Shown here piece after piece: positions 17,976-25,572 of a stretch of DNA of 25,572 nt (positions are counted from its first letter, which is position 1; every line of letters begins with the position of its first letter). Both the position numbers and the translations under genes were made by a program. The stretch is taken from assembly GCA_965648905.1 (NCBI GenBank), contig CBFGIT010000034.1, forward strand, positions 1-25,572. Direction: 5' to 3'. This DNA comes from a candidate division WOR-3 bacterium. Lineage in GTDB: Bacteria > Hydrothermota > Tepidihabitantia > Tepidihabitantales > Tepidihabitantaceae. The notes beneath the pieces are model-generated. The model was not told the DNA's origin and did no database searches. It saw only the letters and a list, made by a program, of their open reading frames with translations.

Positions 17976-18389
17976 CTTGACTCCTTTGCTGGGTCTTCTT
18001 CGCCCAGCGATTCATCGTTCAGCCGCCTTGGCGGCCGAACAGCTTCTTCAATGACATCTCCGGCGCCCTTGACACAGCACGTGTGTGCACATGGATTCTT
18101 GGGCTTGAAGCAGAGCGCCGTTCCTGGCTGACCCCTCCGGATGCCCGGACTCCGAAGGGAACGGCAGGCCCGCGCGGGCTTCACCTGACGGGTTGCGGAA
18201 TGGGTGAGATGCAATTGCCACGTGCGCGCCTACGCGAGTAGGTCGGTCATGACAGTTGGACGAGAAGCCGGGCGATGGCCCACGAGGCCGGCGTGTGCGC
18301 CTCGTTGCCTGCTTCCCGCACAGCGGCGCGCCGGGCGTGCCGGGACGGGAAGGGGCTCGAAGTTGGATTCATGCCACCCTCATGCTGAC

Positions 18390-21300
18390 CTACCGCATCA
18401 GCACCGCCTTCTTCACGCTGCGGAACGCAGGCAGGTCCAGACGGTAGAAGTAGATGCCGTTCGCTACTCGCCGGCCTCTGGCGTCGGTCCCGTCCCAGGT
18501 TGCGGTGTAGCGGCCCGGTTTCCTTGAGCCATTGTCCAAGGTCCTGACCACGCGGCCCGATGCGTCGAACACCCGCAGCAGCACGTTGCCGGCCTGCCCG
18601 GTCTGATACCGGATGGTCGTCGCGCGGTTGAACGGGTTGGGCTGGGCCGGGAACAGCTCGGGCTCGATTCTGACCGGCGTGGTGCGCGCGGCCTGCTGCC
18701 CGCCCATCTCGTCGAGGTCGCACTGCTTGTACGCGACCTCGTAGTAGTCATCCTCCGGCTCCGCGCCGTTGACTACGTGCGCGATATTGACCGTTGACTG
18801 GCCCACCGTCTTCTGCTGGTACACCACGTGCGGGCAGGTGGCCATGGTCGTGTCGTCGGCCACCGACAGCGGCTCGCCGTAGTTCACGGAAAGCATGATG
18901 TCGTGGTCGGTCGAGGACTCGGTCTGCTCCCAGGCCACGACAACCTGCTCCCCAACGCTGACCGTGGCATAGTCGCAGGTGTCGCTGGTCGAGTCGGTCA
19001 GGTTCTGGGCGCTCTCCCAGTCGTCGTAGTCATCGGCAGTTGAGCGGTGGCAGACGTGGATGTCCGCGCCGTTGTGGGTCCAGGCTGCAACCACCTGGTC
19101 CCGGTCCGCGGCTATCACCGGGTGCAGGTCTGAGTTCGAGGAACCGGACAGGCTGATGGCCTGCTCCCAGTTGGTCTCCAGAGCGCCGTTCCGGCTGTCA
19201 GTCAGCATCGAGTACTTGACCACGCCGCCGCTCTGCCAGACCAGGTGTACCCGGTCCCAGTCCTGCTGGTAGGCCTCGACCGACAGGCACGGGTCGCAAA
19301 GGTCTTCGCCCTCGGCCACCGTGTCCACGTCAAACTCGCCGCCGTCGTCGAACTTGGCCAGCAGCAACTGGCGCTGGTTCTCATCGACCTGGACCACGAA
19401 AGCGGCATACGCCCGCGGTGTGGTGGTGTCCGACACCGCAGCCAGGGACACGTTAGAGATGGCGTCCGGGTCGTCCGCGGTAAAGACGTCGAGTCCGCCA
19501 CTCCAGGCGCTGTCACCGAGGTAGAACCGCCTCACGAAGCAGGAGGCCAGATTGCGGGTCAGAGCCACAATCCAGCGCATGCCGGTTGAGTCCTGGGCAA
19601 TCGCCGGGTACTCATAGTCTGCGCCGCCGGTCACCACGTCCCGCTGCCAGGAGTCGCCGTTGGGAGTCGAGGCGCAGTACAGGCCGCCGCTCAGGTCGCA
19701 GTAGGTGGCATGAAGGCTGTCAGACCCCTGTGGCCGAATCAGCTTCGCGCCGTTGCTCGACCGCGTGGCATTGGCCATAGCGTTGGAGACCGAAAATGTG
19801 TCGGCCCGAAATCTGACATCGCCCGTGTCGAAGAGGCCTGAGTCTACCGCGAACACCTCCGCGCTCGTGTAGAGCAGGCTGACTCGTATCTCGTTTGTTG
19901 AGGGATTCGTTGCCGACGAGCAGGCCACCGCGTGCGGGTGGTAGGCATCGGTATCATTGGCCACGAGCGTCTTGATGCTGTCCCGTACCCGGGCGTAGAG
20001 ATTCCAGACGCCTGAGACCTTCTCCTGCCAGACGCTCACGCCGCACCCGGCATACACCGCGTTGCCCTTCTCGGTTGTGTCCTGATTCCCAGTGCTGGGG
20101 TTGGTTCCAGCGGTCCAGCCATGGAACATCCCGGTGGGGTCCAGGTCGCAGGTCGCGTGGCAGATGTTGAACGTGTCATATATCCCCGTGACATCAATCT
20201 TCTCGGTCCAGAGGCAGTGAACCACGTCCTCGCCCTCGACGCGTGTCATGGGATGATACCCGTTGGCGGTCACCAGCTCAAGGCTGGACCAAGCCGGCGG
20301 TCGATTCCAATCACCGGGCCCGTAGTCGAGGAGCTTCGAGCTTAGAATCGAGTCCCCGTGCTGCCAACAGACGACCAGCGTCTCGCCGTAGACCACGGTT
20401 ACGCTTGGGCAACTATCGCTGAGATTGGCCACGGATTCGATGGTATCCAGCATCAGATTCGTCGAGCTGAACTTGGCCCACAGAATCATGCTGCTCGCCC
20501 CAGCCGAGTCGTAGATAGGAAAGGTGAGGGCCGCGGTGGCCGAGCCAGGGTAGCACTCAATGCTCGGCTGCCCCGGCCGCGCCGACGAAGAACCGCAGAA
20601 GACGGGCTTGTACGCCCACCCGCCATCGAACGCACACCACAGTGTATCGCTGCGCAAGTATGCGTTCCACCGGTCTCCATTGCCGTCCAGGGCCAGTGCG
20701 GGCAGGCAGCCGATGTCTGTAGCGAATGACACAAGGGACCCGTCCGAAACATAGCCCGAGTTCACACTCGGGCACGACGAGTTGGTGAAGCGAAGCATGC
20801 CGGTCGCGTCAGGTGCGAGAGCTCGGAAGGAGTTGGCCGGGTCGGGTGGACGCAACGTGAGATATGTCAAGGGGACCCACCCGCCGCTGTAACGGTATAT
20901 CCTGCGGGTTCCCCCATACGGTACAGACCAGACGCAAGACCCTCTTGGTTGTCCGCCGGCATGGTCTGGATGTGGGTCGGCGGCGACCGAGTTAGGGTTC
21001 AGGTCCGCATCGCCCCACGCATTCTCGAACACCTCCGAGAACCAGTGCCACTCGTTTGCCCAGAATCGCCCGACAGCAGTAGTCAGGTGGGTCTGGGTAC
21101 CAAATGTCTGTTCACAGGTCATGACCACGGTCGGTTTGTCCGAGCAAGTGACCATGGACGCACACGGTTCTGCGCATGCGAATCTTGGGTCAAACGGCCC
21201 GTAAGGCGGGTCACTAGTCAAGGCGGGAATCCAGTCTGTGCCGCCATTGGTCGACCACCGGTATCTTATCAGGGTTGCTGGCTCGGTTTCGTCTCTCCAG

Positions 21301-22226
21301 CAGACAAACAGCAGGTTTCCAAGTGCGGCAATGCAGGGGTTTGCCGCATACTCGGTATAGTTGTCCGAAATCAGGAGGGGCTCGGCAAGCCAATCCTCGC
21401 CGAAGTTCACCGACTTCTGGAAATAGACTCCGCTTTCCTCTTCGTCTTCGTAGGCGACGTAGATGGCCTCGCCTGTGTTTGGTCCCACTGCAACGGAGAC
21501 GCCGAATACCGGGGAGCGGTCCTCCTCGGGCACGATTATGTCTTCGTCGTACCAGGACTGGCCGGCGTTAGTGGACAAACCGCACTCCAATCCCCAGTAC
21601 TCGAGATCGTTGTCTACGTAGGAGACACCCGTGGCCGCACAAACTCGCTTCTCGTCGGCACCTGTGAACCTGGCCACCGCGACGCGAGGCTCAAGCCCGC
21701 CTGGCCGCACAAGGAGGTTCGTGATGTCATCGTACGCGCCCCAGTAGTACGTACCGTCACCTCGCGCATACCTGCGGGCCGCTCTCGCATGGGGGAAGGT
21801 TCCTTCGCATTCCAGCCAGGCGGCATGTGTATAGCACTCCATGTCCTGCGGATTGAGGTAGCTTCCGTTGGTAGCGGTACAGAGGAATCGTGGGTTGTAT
21901 TCGTCGGTGATTTGGAGGTTGAAGAAGTTCTCGTCTTCAAGGGTGCGGAATTCGACGCCGCGCGCCTGAGTGGCCTGCCCAGTCTGGACCTTTGAGTACA
22001 CAACCGTGGTCCAGAAGGAGTACCAGTTGATGTCCGGGTTCCAGTAGTCGAACATCGCCACGGCGTGCGCGCCGCTGTTGTCGGTCAGTACGTTTGTTGC
22101 GTCCTGAGCGATTCGCTTCACGAGGTTGCGGTTCCACTTCCAGGCGTCGGTCACAATTCGGTTCGCCGCTGCCGGAACCGCGAGGGTACAAAGAACAAAG
22201 GTTGTTATTGTCAGCCATTTCTTCAT
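18390..22226 (-). CDS. Large secreted acidic protein with BNR/Asp-box propellers and T9SS/FlgD-like CTD (~1278 aa)
   Basis: Signal peptide MKKWLTITTFVLCTLAVPAAA from ATG 22226; Asp-boxes STNAGQSW, SVNFGEDW, STNGGTDW and STPNGDSW; PNPFN...FDASGRVVR...GIYFYRL...KKAVLMR. Confidence 0.85.
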   Translation of the reverse strand: MKKWLTITTFVLCTLAVPAAANRIVTDAWKWNRNLVKRIAQDATNVLTDNSGAHAVAMFDYWNPDINWYSFWTTVVYSKVQTGQATQARGVEFRTLEDENFFNLQITDEYNPRFLCTATNGSYLNPQDMECYTHAAWLECEGTFPHARAARRYARGDGTYYWGAYDDITNLLVRPGGLEPRVAVARFTGADEKRVCAATGVSYVDNDLEYWGLECGLSTNAGQSWYDEDIIVPEEDRSPVFGVSVAVGPNTGEAIYVAYEDEEESGVYFQKSVNFGEDWLAEPLLISDNYTEYAANPCIAALGNLLFVCWRDETEPATLIRYRWSTNGGTDWIPALTSDPPYGPFDPRFACAEPCASMVTCSDKPTVVMTCEQTFGTQTHLTTAVGRFWANEWHWFSEVFENAWGDADLNPNSVAADPHPDHAGGQPRGSCVWSVPYGGTRRIYRYSGGWVPLTYLTLRPPDPANSFRALAPDATGMLRFTNSSCPSVNSGYVSDGSLVSFATDIGCLPALALDGNGDRWNAYLRSDTLWCAFDGGWAYKPVFCGSSSARPGQPSIECYPGSATAALTFPIYDSAGASSMILWAKFSSTNLMLDTIESVANLSDSCPSVTVVYGETLVVCWQHGDSILSSKLLDYGPGDWNRPPAWSSLELVTANGYHPMTRVEGEDVVHCLWTEKIDVTGIYDTFNICHATCDLDPTGMFHGWTAGTNPSTGNQDTTEKGNAVYAGCGVSVWQEKVSGVWNLYARVRDSIKTLVANDTDAYHPHAVACSSATNPSTNEIRVSLLYTSAEVFAVDSGLFDTGDVRFRADTFSVSNAMANATRSSNGAKLIRPQGSDSLHATYCDLSGGLYCASTPNGDSWQRDVVTGGADYEYPAIAQDSTGMRWIVALTRNLASCFVRRFYLGDSAWSGGLDVFTADDPDAISNVSLAAVSDTTTPRAYAAFVVQVDENQRQLLLAKFDDGGEFDVDTVAEGEDLCDPCLSVEAYQQDWDRVHLVWQSGGVVKYSMLTDSRNGALETNWEQAISLSGSSNSDLHPVIAADRDQVVAAWTHNGADIHVCHRSTADDYDDWESAQNLTDSTSDTCDYATVSVGEQVVVAWEQTESSTDHDIMLSVNYGEPLSVADDTTMATCPHVVYQQKTVGQSTVNIAHVVNGAEPEDDYYEVAYKQCDLDEMGGQQAARTTPVRIEPELFPAQPNPFNRATTIRYQTGQAGNVLLRVFDASGRVVRTLDNGSRKPGRYTATWDGTDARGRRVANGIYFYRLDLPAFRSVKKAVLMR

Positions 22227-22421
22227 GGCAATCGTCTCTCTTTCGTTCTTGGAAGTATGTCTGCTTCGGGCGCCAGGGCAGGGAATCGCCAAGCGCCCGG
22301 TCTTGACTGACACGGTCTGTTCGGACCGGCTTTCGTTCTGCTTCCTCCTCTCGCCTGTAGTGAATGTGGCGCTGAAGACGTCCAGTTCGCCGTGTCTCGT
22401 CGGCGCTGGCTGGCACTCGCC

Positions 22422-24854
22422 TCAGCGCAGTATGACCAGTCTCTTCTTCTCATTTGTGTTTCCTGCGCGGACATGATATACGCCCGGCGCCAAGTGCCCA
22501 ACGTCATTCGGGCCTGGCAGAAGGTCCATGACCTTCCGGCCGGTAGCGTCCAGTAGGACAGAGCGGGTCGCGAGCCAAGGGCACTGCTGTGGTCGGGGGC
22601 TGGCTTGGACCTCCCCGGGTTCATCCGCGCCGAGCCAAAGCACACCGCGAACTAACGTCGGTTCGGGCTTGCGGCTGAGTGTTCGGTTCCCGACCACTTC
22701 TTCTACTCCGGTCGTCGTGTCGCGGATGACCGACAGACGTGAGTTGCCGCGGTTGAGCACGAACACCCGGCGGTGAGGTGGAACCCAGGCCATGTTCATA
22801 GGGTCCAACCCGACCGGAATGCTCATGAGCAGCCTTCCTTCTCGACCATCTACAACGTGGACGACTCGGTTGCTCGGGTCCAGGCAATACACCTTGCCGA
22901 CGATGGTATCGCATACGAGCTCCGCCACGCCAGCAGTCGGCAGGGCCACGGTGTCCAACGGCTGCCCGGTGGGTGAGGCACAGATGAAGAGCTCGTTCCT
23001 CGCCACGGCATAGACCCGACCGAGCGACGGGTCGCAGGCTGCGGAGGCAACAGCCGTGTCGGACAGGTTCCATTGCGTCACGACACTGTCACTCGCACCG
23101 TCGACAACGCTGAGCGTCCTGCCGGCGCAGAAGACTAGATTCCGCGCCGGGTCGCAGCACAGTGGGCCTGCCGCCGGCAGAGTCAGGGTGTGAATGGGCA
23201 GCCCGGTTGTGCCGTCAGTAATGAGAAGTTGCGGGCTGCCGACCACGCCTGCAAGGTAGACCTTGTCGGCAGCAGGATTCCACAGCGGGCCGTAGGCAGT
23301 GTCGGCGACGCCGAGTCGAGCCTGCATCAGGTGTTGCCTGCGCTCGGTGTCCGCGGTCGCCAGGTAGTACGTCCCATCTATCCCGTCAATGCCCAGACAA
23401 TGGGCCCTCGTTCCTGCGGCATTGGTTGAGAGCCCGGCGGCACCGAACCACGCCGGGGCGATTCCAACTCTGAGCATGGCCAACAGAGAGTCTGCGAGCA
23501 CGTCGTAGCTCAAGAGGTGCATCATCATGTCACCCGAAACCAAACCGTAGAGTCTGCCGTTGCCGGGAACCGCGAGGTGCTCGGGCGCGAAAAGCTGCCA
23601 GGCCCAACGCTGCACCTCGCAGCGGGCCGGGTCCACCATCGCGGTGAAAGGAAACAGGCTCCCGGCCGAGACGCAGTTGAGCAAGTCGGAGTTGGCGTCC
23701 CAGCCGACACGGCGCGGCCGCGCATCGGTGAGAATCGTGTCCAGCACGCTGCAGGTAGCTGGGTCAATCATGCTCACTGCGCTGGCACTGCCCGAGTAGA
23801 CCAGCGGGCCGGCGCTGACAATGGAGTTGGGCTGCCAGCCATTCTGGACCCGGCCGACGATGGTGTCGGCAACGGCGTCAATGAACACGGCTTCCCCTGG
23901 CCAGTCACCACCGCAGATGCCAAATCGACCAGCCGCGGCGTTGTGGCAAATACTCCAGCCCAGAATGCCCGGGGCGATGCGTGCCCGCACGTGGTGGCTC
24001 TCACCATCAACCACAAACAGCGATTCACCAATCACGATGACGAACCTCTTGCCTGACGTATCAGCGCAGGCTCGGTAGAGTTCGCTGTTGCCCGGGAGCG
24101 GCACGGTGGCAAGCAACCGATTGGTCTGGCAGTCAAAGACCGACAAGCTCCGCGAGGCCTGTCCATAGCAGTAGATACGGTCTTTTCCTGCGCCATAGTA
24201 GAGCAATCTAATCCAACTCGCTGCCGGGATGACGGTGTCGACCGTGTCGGCAGCTCCGTTGATAATGAACAGACTGTCAGCCGGGGACATCGTGGTCGAG
24301 CAGTAGACGAAGTTGCTGCGCGGGCTGCAGGCGACGCGCGCTGCGTAGCGGACAGGAATCGTGTCCACGACGCGACGCCGAGCGCAGTCAATAACGACGA
24401 TTCCGTCGTCACCCATGGCATAGTACAGCTTTCCGGTTCCGGGGTTGTAGCATGCTGCTGCATCGTCGTAGCTCGAGTACGGAAGCCTCAGGCTGTCGAC
24501 TATGATGTTTCGCAGGCAGTCAATGATGCTGACTACATTGTCTTCACGAAAGCAGTACAACTCGCGTCGGTCAGTGTCCAGGCAGAGGGTTCTGACGTAT
24601 GACGAGGGGTCGCCCGGCAACGGAATCTTGGCAGTCTTCTGGCCGGTAAGAGCATCGATTGCGATGATGACTGTGCCCGGGCCGCCGGCCGCGTAGACCG
24701 AATTAGTCACCGAATCCCAGACCAAGTGAGTTGGGCCCGCCAGCCCGAGCATGGTGTCGGGCAACAGAACCGTAGTTTCCAGGTACTGCCCTGTCGCGGT
24801 CTGCATCGCGCAAAGGAAGACAGCGAGCAGGATGTGAAGTCGGCATGTCTGCAC
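22422..24854 (-). CDS. Secreted YVTN/YncE-like multi-propeller protein with short sorting CTD (810 aa)
   Basis: Signal peptide followed by QYLETTVLLPDT; repeated LYC/IIDC/WNP..DKVY blades; CTD TGVEE...PTLVRGVLWL...LLDATGRKVMDLLPGPNDV.HLAPGVY...RLVILR. Confidence 0.85.
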   Translation of the reverse strand: MQTCRLHILLAVFLCAMQTATGQYLETTVLLPDTMLGLAGPTHLVWDSVTNSVYAAGGPGTVIIAIDALTGQKTAKIPLPGDPSSYVRTLCLDTDRRELYCFREDNVVSIIDCLRNIIVDSLRLPYSSYDDAAACYNPGTGKLYYAMGDDGIVVIDCARRRVVDTIPVRYAARVACSPRSNFVYCSTTMSPADSLFIINGAADTVDTVIPAASWIRLLYYGAGKDRIYCYGQASRSLSVFDCQTNRLLATVPLPGNSELYRACADTSGKRFVIVIGESLFVVDGESHHVRARIAPGILGWSICHNAAAGRFGICGGDWPGEAVFIDAVADTIVGRVQNGWQPNSIVSAGPLVYSGSASAVSMIDPATCSVLDTILTDARPRRVGWDANSDLLNCVSAGSLFPFTAMVDPARCEVQRWAWQLFAPEHLAVPGNGRLYGLVSGDMMMHLLSYDVLADSLLAMLRVGIAPAWFGAAGLSTNAAGTRAHCLGIDGIDGTYYLATADTERRQHLMQARLGVADTAYGPLWNPAADKVYLAGVVGSPQLLITDGTTGLPIHTLTLPAAGPLCCDPARNLVFCAGRTLSVVDGASDSVVTQWNLSDTAVASAACDPSLGRVYAVARNELFICASPTGQPLDTVALPTAGVAELVCDTIVGKVYCLDPSNRVVHVVDGREGRLLMSIPVGLDPMNMAWVPPHRRVFVLNRGNSRLSVIRDTTTGVEEVVGNRTLSRKPEPTLVRGVLWLGADEPGEVQASPRPQQCPWLATRSVLLDATGRKVMDLLPGPNDVGHLAPGVYHVRAGNTNEKKRLVILR

Positions 24855-24855
24855 G

Positions 24856-25215
24856 TTACTCTCTCTCTTGCTCGGTGCTCAGCCCGATGATGTCATGGTC
24901 TTCCTCAATCGTCACCCTGAGCGCCGGGCCCCAAGAGGACTGGACGCCCTGGGTGTTCTTGGCCTGGGCGCGGATTTCGGCCGGGCAGGGCCGGCGGCAG
25001 AGCGGAGGCAGGCCAGAAAGGCCGGAACGGAGCTGGGTTGGCTTGTGACTGTGATGGTGTCTCGGGCTGTCGGTCGGCTGCGCGTTACTCGCCCGCCCCC
25101 TGTCACAGGACAGGGCAGATGCAGAAGCCGCTGCACAGCTTCGGTTGTCCTTCTCCGGCGCAGCGGCACGCCGGGTTTGCCCGAACTCAAGAAACCTCGA
25201 TAAGACGTTCCTCAC
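24856..25215 (-). CDS. Hypothetical protein, possibly a degenerate remnant (C-terminus resembles the end of a PKD/Ig-like strand pair)
   Basis: GGAGG 5 nt before GTG 25215; stop lies 1 nt before the next GTG. EIRAQAKNTQGVQSSWGPALRVTI looks protein-like, but the middle looks out of frame. Confidence 0.35.
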   Translation of the reverse strand: MRNVLSRFLEFGQTRRAAAPEKDNRSCAAASASALSCDRGRASNAQPTDSPRHHHSHKPTQLRSGLSGLPPLCRRPCPAEIRAQAKNTQGVQSSWGPALRVTIEEDHDIIGLSTEQERE

Positions 25216-25329
25216 GGTTACCTCCAATGCGGCGCTTGACGGTCACGGACCTGCGGATTGCCCGGCTGCTCATCGACAGCCAGCATTGGCATCGCTATAG
25301 GCCTGTGTCAAGCCATCCGCTCTGCCACC

Positions 25330-25357
25330 ATTATGAACCAACGCGGGCAGATGTCAA
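25330..25357 (-). promoter_or_regulatory. Putative sigma70 promoter heading the secreted-protein array
   Basis: Minus strand TTGACA-N16-CATAAT. Confidence 0.6.
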
Positions 25358-25380
25358 GGATGAATCGCCCCCCCCACTCT

Positions 25381-25567
25381 GCTAACACTTTGTAGTTCCG
25401 CCACTTACCTGATACGCCATGTCGGACGTACCAGGCAAGGGCGCAGGGGGGCTAGATAATCGCGGCCTGCCTCTGCCTGTGCCTCGCACCCAGCCAGGAT
25501 GCGCGGGCAGGCGGGTCTCCTGCTTCCCGTCGTGACCATGGCAACAGATTGACAGTCAACGAGTTAC
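25381..25567. repeat. Two related 28-bp pseudo-palindromic sites (25381-25408 and 25540-25567)
   Basis: GCTAACACTTTGTAGTTCCGCCACTTAC and GGCAACAGATTGACAGTCAACGAGTTAC, 16/28 identical. The second has a perfect TTGAC-A-GTCAA core. Confidence 0.45.
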
Positions 25568-25572
25568 ACGCG

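Noticed and set aside
18165..18200. AACCCGTCAGGT resembling SRP RNA or ydaO riboswitch fragments
   Set aside because: The rest of each consensus (CCGGAAGGAAGCAGC for SRP; GCTGAATC/CTAAC for ydaO) is missing.
18205..18235. sigma54 promoter near TGGCAATTGCA
   Set aside because: GG-N10-GC spacing does not coincide with a TGGCAC/TTGC consensus.
18319..18345. Similarity to 25159-25185 (CAGCGGC.CGCCGGG..TGCC)
   Set aside because: Short, GC-rich and mismatched; compatible with chance.
2019..21995. Many long plus-strand ORFs (e.g. 2019..2798, 5964..6779, 16323..17216, 20949..21995)
   Set aside because: Antisense shadows of well-supported minus-strand genes in high-GC DNA, with no recognisable motifs.
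22227..22313. Longer start for the 1307-aa ORF
   Set aside because: The signal peptide and purine-rich RBS point to ATG 22226.
25120..25185. Possible c-di-GMP-I riboswitch (minus strand GGGCAAACCCGG...CCGG)
   Set aside because: No GNRA loop and no GACGCAAAG or P2 receptor sequence.
11302..25572. DGR, CRISPR or shufflon driving array variation
   Set aside because: No reverse transcriptase, recombinase, repeat-spacer array or adenine-variable near-identical repeat seen in the window.

Overview
GC-rich bacterial chromosomal window, almost all coding on the minus strand. The C-terminal domains of the large secreted proteins resemble those I associate with candidate phylum WOR-3 and FCB-related lineages (recollection, not a search). 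In order: (1) the 3' part of an rve/DDE IS transposase (1-764). (2) A 13-gene minus-strand housekeeping run: rpsM-rpsK-rpsD-rpoA-rplQ, then a GlmU N-terminal-only nucleotidyltransferase, LytR_C protein, rsfS, PTS IIA(Ntr), short C4 Zn-ribbon protein, PorV-like barrel, HhH/ComEA-like membrane protein and a PHP/HisJ phosphatase. The alpha operon is detached from the spc operon and has its own promoters. (3) A divergent pair: small beta-type carbonic anhydrase-like gene and a short CDF-like cation transporter. (4) A ~14 kb co-oriented array of four large signal-peptide proteins (810, ~1278, 1401 and 594 aa; YVTN/BNR/FG-GAP beta-propellers), each ending in a T9SS/FlgD-like sorting domain, with decaying gene remnants at both ends. 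No rRNA, tRNA or CRISPR seen. Most notable: the secreted-propeller array with two CTD classes and dense D-S/T-hydrophobic motifs, a recurring 16-nt sigma70 promoter spacer, a 9-residue alpha-CTD insertion, an internal short-leader rpsD promoter, and paired 28-bp pseudo-palindromes upstream of the array. I found no single unambiguous novel system; the array is the best candidate.
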